From the NCBI GenBank assembly GCA_005792205.1, contig SXSO01000138.1:1-36575 (forward strand): DNA of 36,575 bases. The letters are read 5' to 3'. How positions within the stretch are numbered: the first letter of the stretch is position 1; each line of letters starts with the position of its first letter. A program made the position numbers and the translations under genes. This DNA is from Bacteroidota bacterium. GTDB taxonomy: Bacteria > Bacteroidota > Ignavibacteria > UBA10030 > F1-140-MAGs086. Below the pieces are notes generated by a model. That model ran no database searches and was not told where the DNA came from. It saw only the letters and a list, made by a program, of their open reading frames with translations. Below, piece by piece: positions 34,841 to 36,575 of this stretch.

Positions 34841-36234
34841 CAAATGTGAATTGATTTTCCATATGCATTTTCTGCTGCTTCCATAATTGCTTCGGAAAGT
34901 GTTGGATGTGCATGAATTGTATGTGCAATTCCCTCCACTGTTGTTTCAAGTGTTTTTGCAACAGAAAGTTCGGCAATCATTTCAGTTGCCTCACTTCCTA
35001 AAATATGTGCTCCAAGAAGTTCACCATATTTTTCATCAAATATAAGTTTGACTAATCCATCTGTTTTTCCAATTGCTCTTGCTTTTCCACTTGCGGAAAA
35101 TGGAAATCTTCCAACTTTAATTTTATATCCATTTTGAATTGCTTTTTCTTCTGTCATTCCAATGCTTGCAACTTGCGGTTCGCAATATGTACAAGATGGG
35201 AAGTTTTCCCAATCAATTGGGTTTGGATTTTTTCCCGCAATTTTTTCAACGCAAATGATTCCTTCTTTTGAAGCAATGTGAGCAAGAAGTGGTGGTCCTG
35301 CAACATCTCCAATTGCATAAATTCCATCTACATTTGTTTTTCCAAAATCATCTACAACAATAAATCCTTTTTCTATTTTTATTCCAACATTTTCTAATCC
35401 AATGTTTTCAATATTTGCTTGAATACCAATTGCATTCAATACAATTTCAGATTCAATTTCTTTCTTTCCACTTTTATTTGAAATAACTGTTTTTATTTTT
35501 TTTCCTTCAACAACATTTTCAACTTTTGTTTCGGTTAAAATTTCAATTCCTTGTTTTTTGAAATTGCTTTCCAAAAGTTTTGAGATTTCTTTATCTTCCA
35601 TCGGAAGTATATTTGGAAGCATTTCAATAAGTGTAACTTTTGTTCCAAATGTGTTATAGAAATACGCAAACTCAATTCCAATTGCTCCAGCACCAATTAT
35701 TGTCATTGATTTTGGAAGTGTTTTTAATGTCATTGCTGTTTTACTTGTGATAACATTTTTTTCATCCACCTTTATTGTAGGAATTGTTTTTGCTCTTCCT
35801 CCAGTTGCAATGATTATATGTTTTGCTTTTATTTCTTCAACAACTTTTCCATCTTTTGAAATTGTAACTAAATTCTTTCCTAAAATTTTTCCACTTCCTG
35901 AAATGTGCTCAATTTTATTTTTTTTCATTAAGTATTCAATTCCTTTGGAATTTATTTGAGCAACATTTCTACTTCTTTCAATAATTTTTTTGAAATCAAA
36001 TTTTAGTTCTTTATGTGTAATTCCAAATTCATCAGAATGTTTAAAATAGTTATACACTTCTGCATTTTTGAGAAGTGCTTTTGTTGGAATACATCCCCAA
36101 TTTAAACAAACTCCACCGAGTTTTTCTTTTTCTACAATAGCAGTTTTAAAACCAAGTTGAGATGATTTAATTGCGGCAACATAACCTCCCGGACCTCCTC
36201 CAATAACTAATATATCAAACTCTTTTTTGGACAT
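34840..36234 (-). CDS. lpdA: Dihydrolipoamide dehydrogenase (E3)
   Basis: GGGPGGYVAA, GGVCLNWGCIPTK, GAGAIGIE, HAHPTLSE. ATG at 36234 (MSKKEFD) is preferred. Confidence 0.97.
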   Translation of the reverse strand: MSKKEFDILVIGGGPGGYVAAIKSSQLGFKTAIVEKEKLGGVCLNWGCIPTKALLKNAEVYNYFKHSDEFGITHKELKFDFKKIIERSRNVAQINSKGIEYLMKKNKIEHISGSGKILGKNLVTISKDGKVVEEIKAKHIIIATGGRAKTIPTIKVDEKNVITSKTAMTLKTLPKSMTIIGAGAIGIEFAYFYNTFGTKVTLIEMLPNILPMEDKEISKLLESNFKKQGIEILTETKVENVVEGKKIKTVISNKSGKKEIESEIVLNAIGIQANIENIGLENVGIKIEKGFIVVDDFGKTNVDGIYAIGDVAGPPLLAHIASKEGIICVEKIAGKNPNPIDWENFPSCTYCEPQVASIGMTEEKAIQNGYKIKVGRFPFSASGKARAIGKTDGLVKLIFDEKYGELLGAHILGSEATEMIAELSVAKTLETTVEGIAHTIHAHPTLSEAIMEAAENAYGKSIHI

Positions 36235-36351
36235 TTTTTTTAAAATTTTCAAAAAATATATGAAAATGTTTAAGAAATTTTAGGTTTATATTCGTACACT
36301 TAAATTCCATAATAATAATACCACTTATATATAAATAAAAATCATAAAAAA

Positions 36352-36370
36352 CTGGCAAACCAATTGCCAA
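36352..36370 (-). promoter_or_regulatory. Candidate sigma54 (-24/-12) promoter facing the lpdA operon
   Basis: Minus strand reads TTGGCAATTGGTTTGCCAG, i.e. GG-N10-GC with TGGCA..TTGC, about 120 nt upstream of the lpdA ATG. Confidence 0.45.
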
Positions 36371-36435
36371 TAAAATAAAATCGTTATTTGGAAAGAACCA
36401 GTTGACGGGAAAAGTTTTGGTTTGTTTATTTTACC

Positions 36436-36575
36436 AAAAAATCCCGTTTCGGTTAAAAAGTGTTCACGTGACATGTAAAGTGGTTTACGGATAGTGTAAA
36501 GTCATTTATAGAAATTGTAAGAAAATGAACTTCTATAATATGGCAATTTCACTCAATAATTTCGTCCCGTTTCGG
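36436..36575 (-). repeat. Intergenic modular repeat, copy R6 (truncated by the window end)
   Basis: Minus strand reads CCGAAACGGGACGAAATTATTGAGTGAAATTGCCATATTA (R1/R2 module), then the 21-bp units TAAATGACTTTACACTATCCG and TAAACCACTTTACATGTCACG, then AACCGAAACGGGATTTTTT (R5 end). Confidence 0.9.

Overview
A very AT-rich bacterial chromosome segment. The QNYPNPFNP-type T9SS sorting tails and the gene content suggest the Ignavibacteria/Bacteroidota-Chlorobi (FCB) group, which is an inference. Most of the window is compact housekeeping: an amidohydrolase pair, HU, OsmC, a nitrilase, acyP-ispF-dedA-PAP2-lnt-ltaE-GNAT-thioesterase, ppx, ymdB-folD-M28-prmA, DUF2723, an alpha/beta hydrolase and a lpdA-lipB-E1(fused)-E1alpha-E1beta-E2-lipA operon. 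Two layers are not explained by that annotation. (1) Three T9SS cargo genes (one truncated at the left edge) end in nearly the same 3' DNA: last CTD codons, a GTCGTTATCGTCGTTA motif and a terminator. The two complete genes have unrelated N-terminal passengers (GH8 + beta-helix + FN3; SBBP beta-propeller) but share an approximately 250-aa domain before the CTD that I cannot assign, which looks like a passenger-swapping secreted protein family. (2) A modular non-coding repeat family with a (TG/A)ACCGAAACG core occupies six intergenic gaps. It includes a 67-bp hairpin with compensatory and wobble-preserving changes, a 103-bp present/absent module between 14-bp direct repeats, and an exactly 21-bp-periodic array of palindromes. 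No transposase, integrase, reverse transcriptase, cas, tRNA or rRNA gene was seen.
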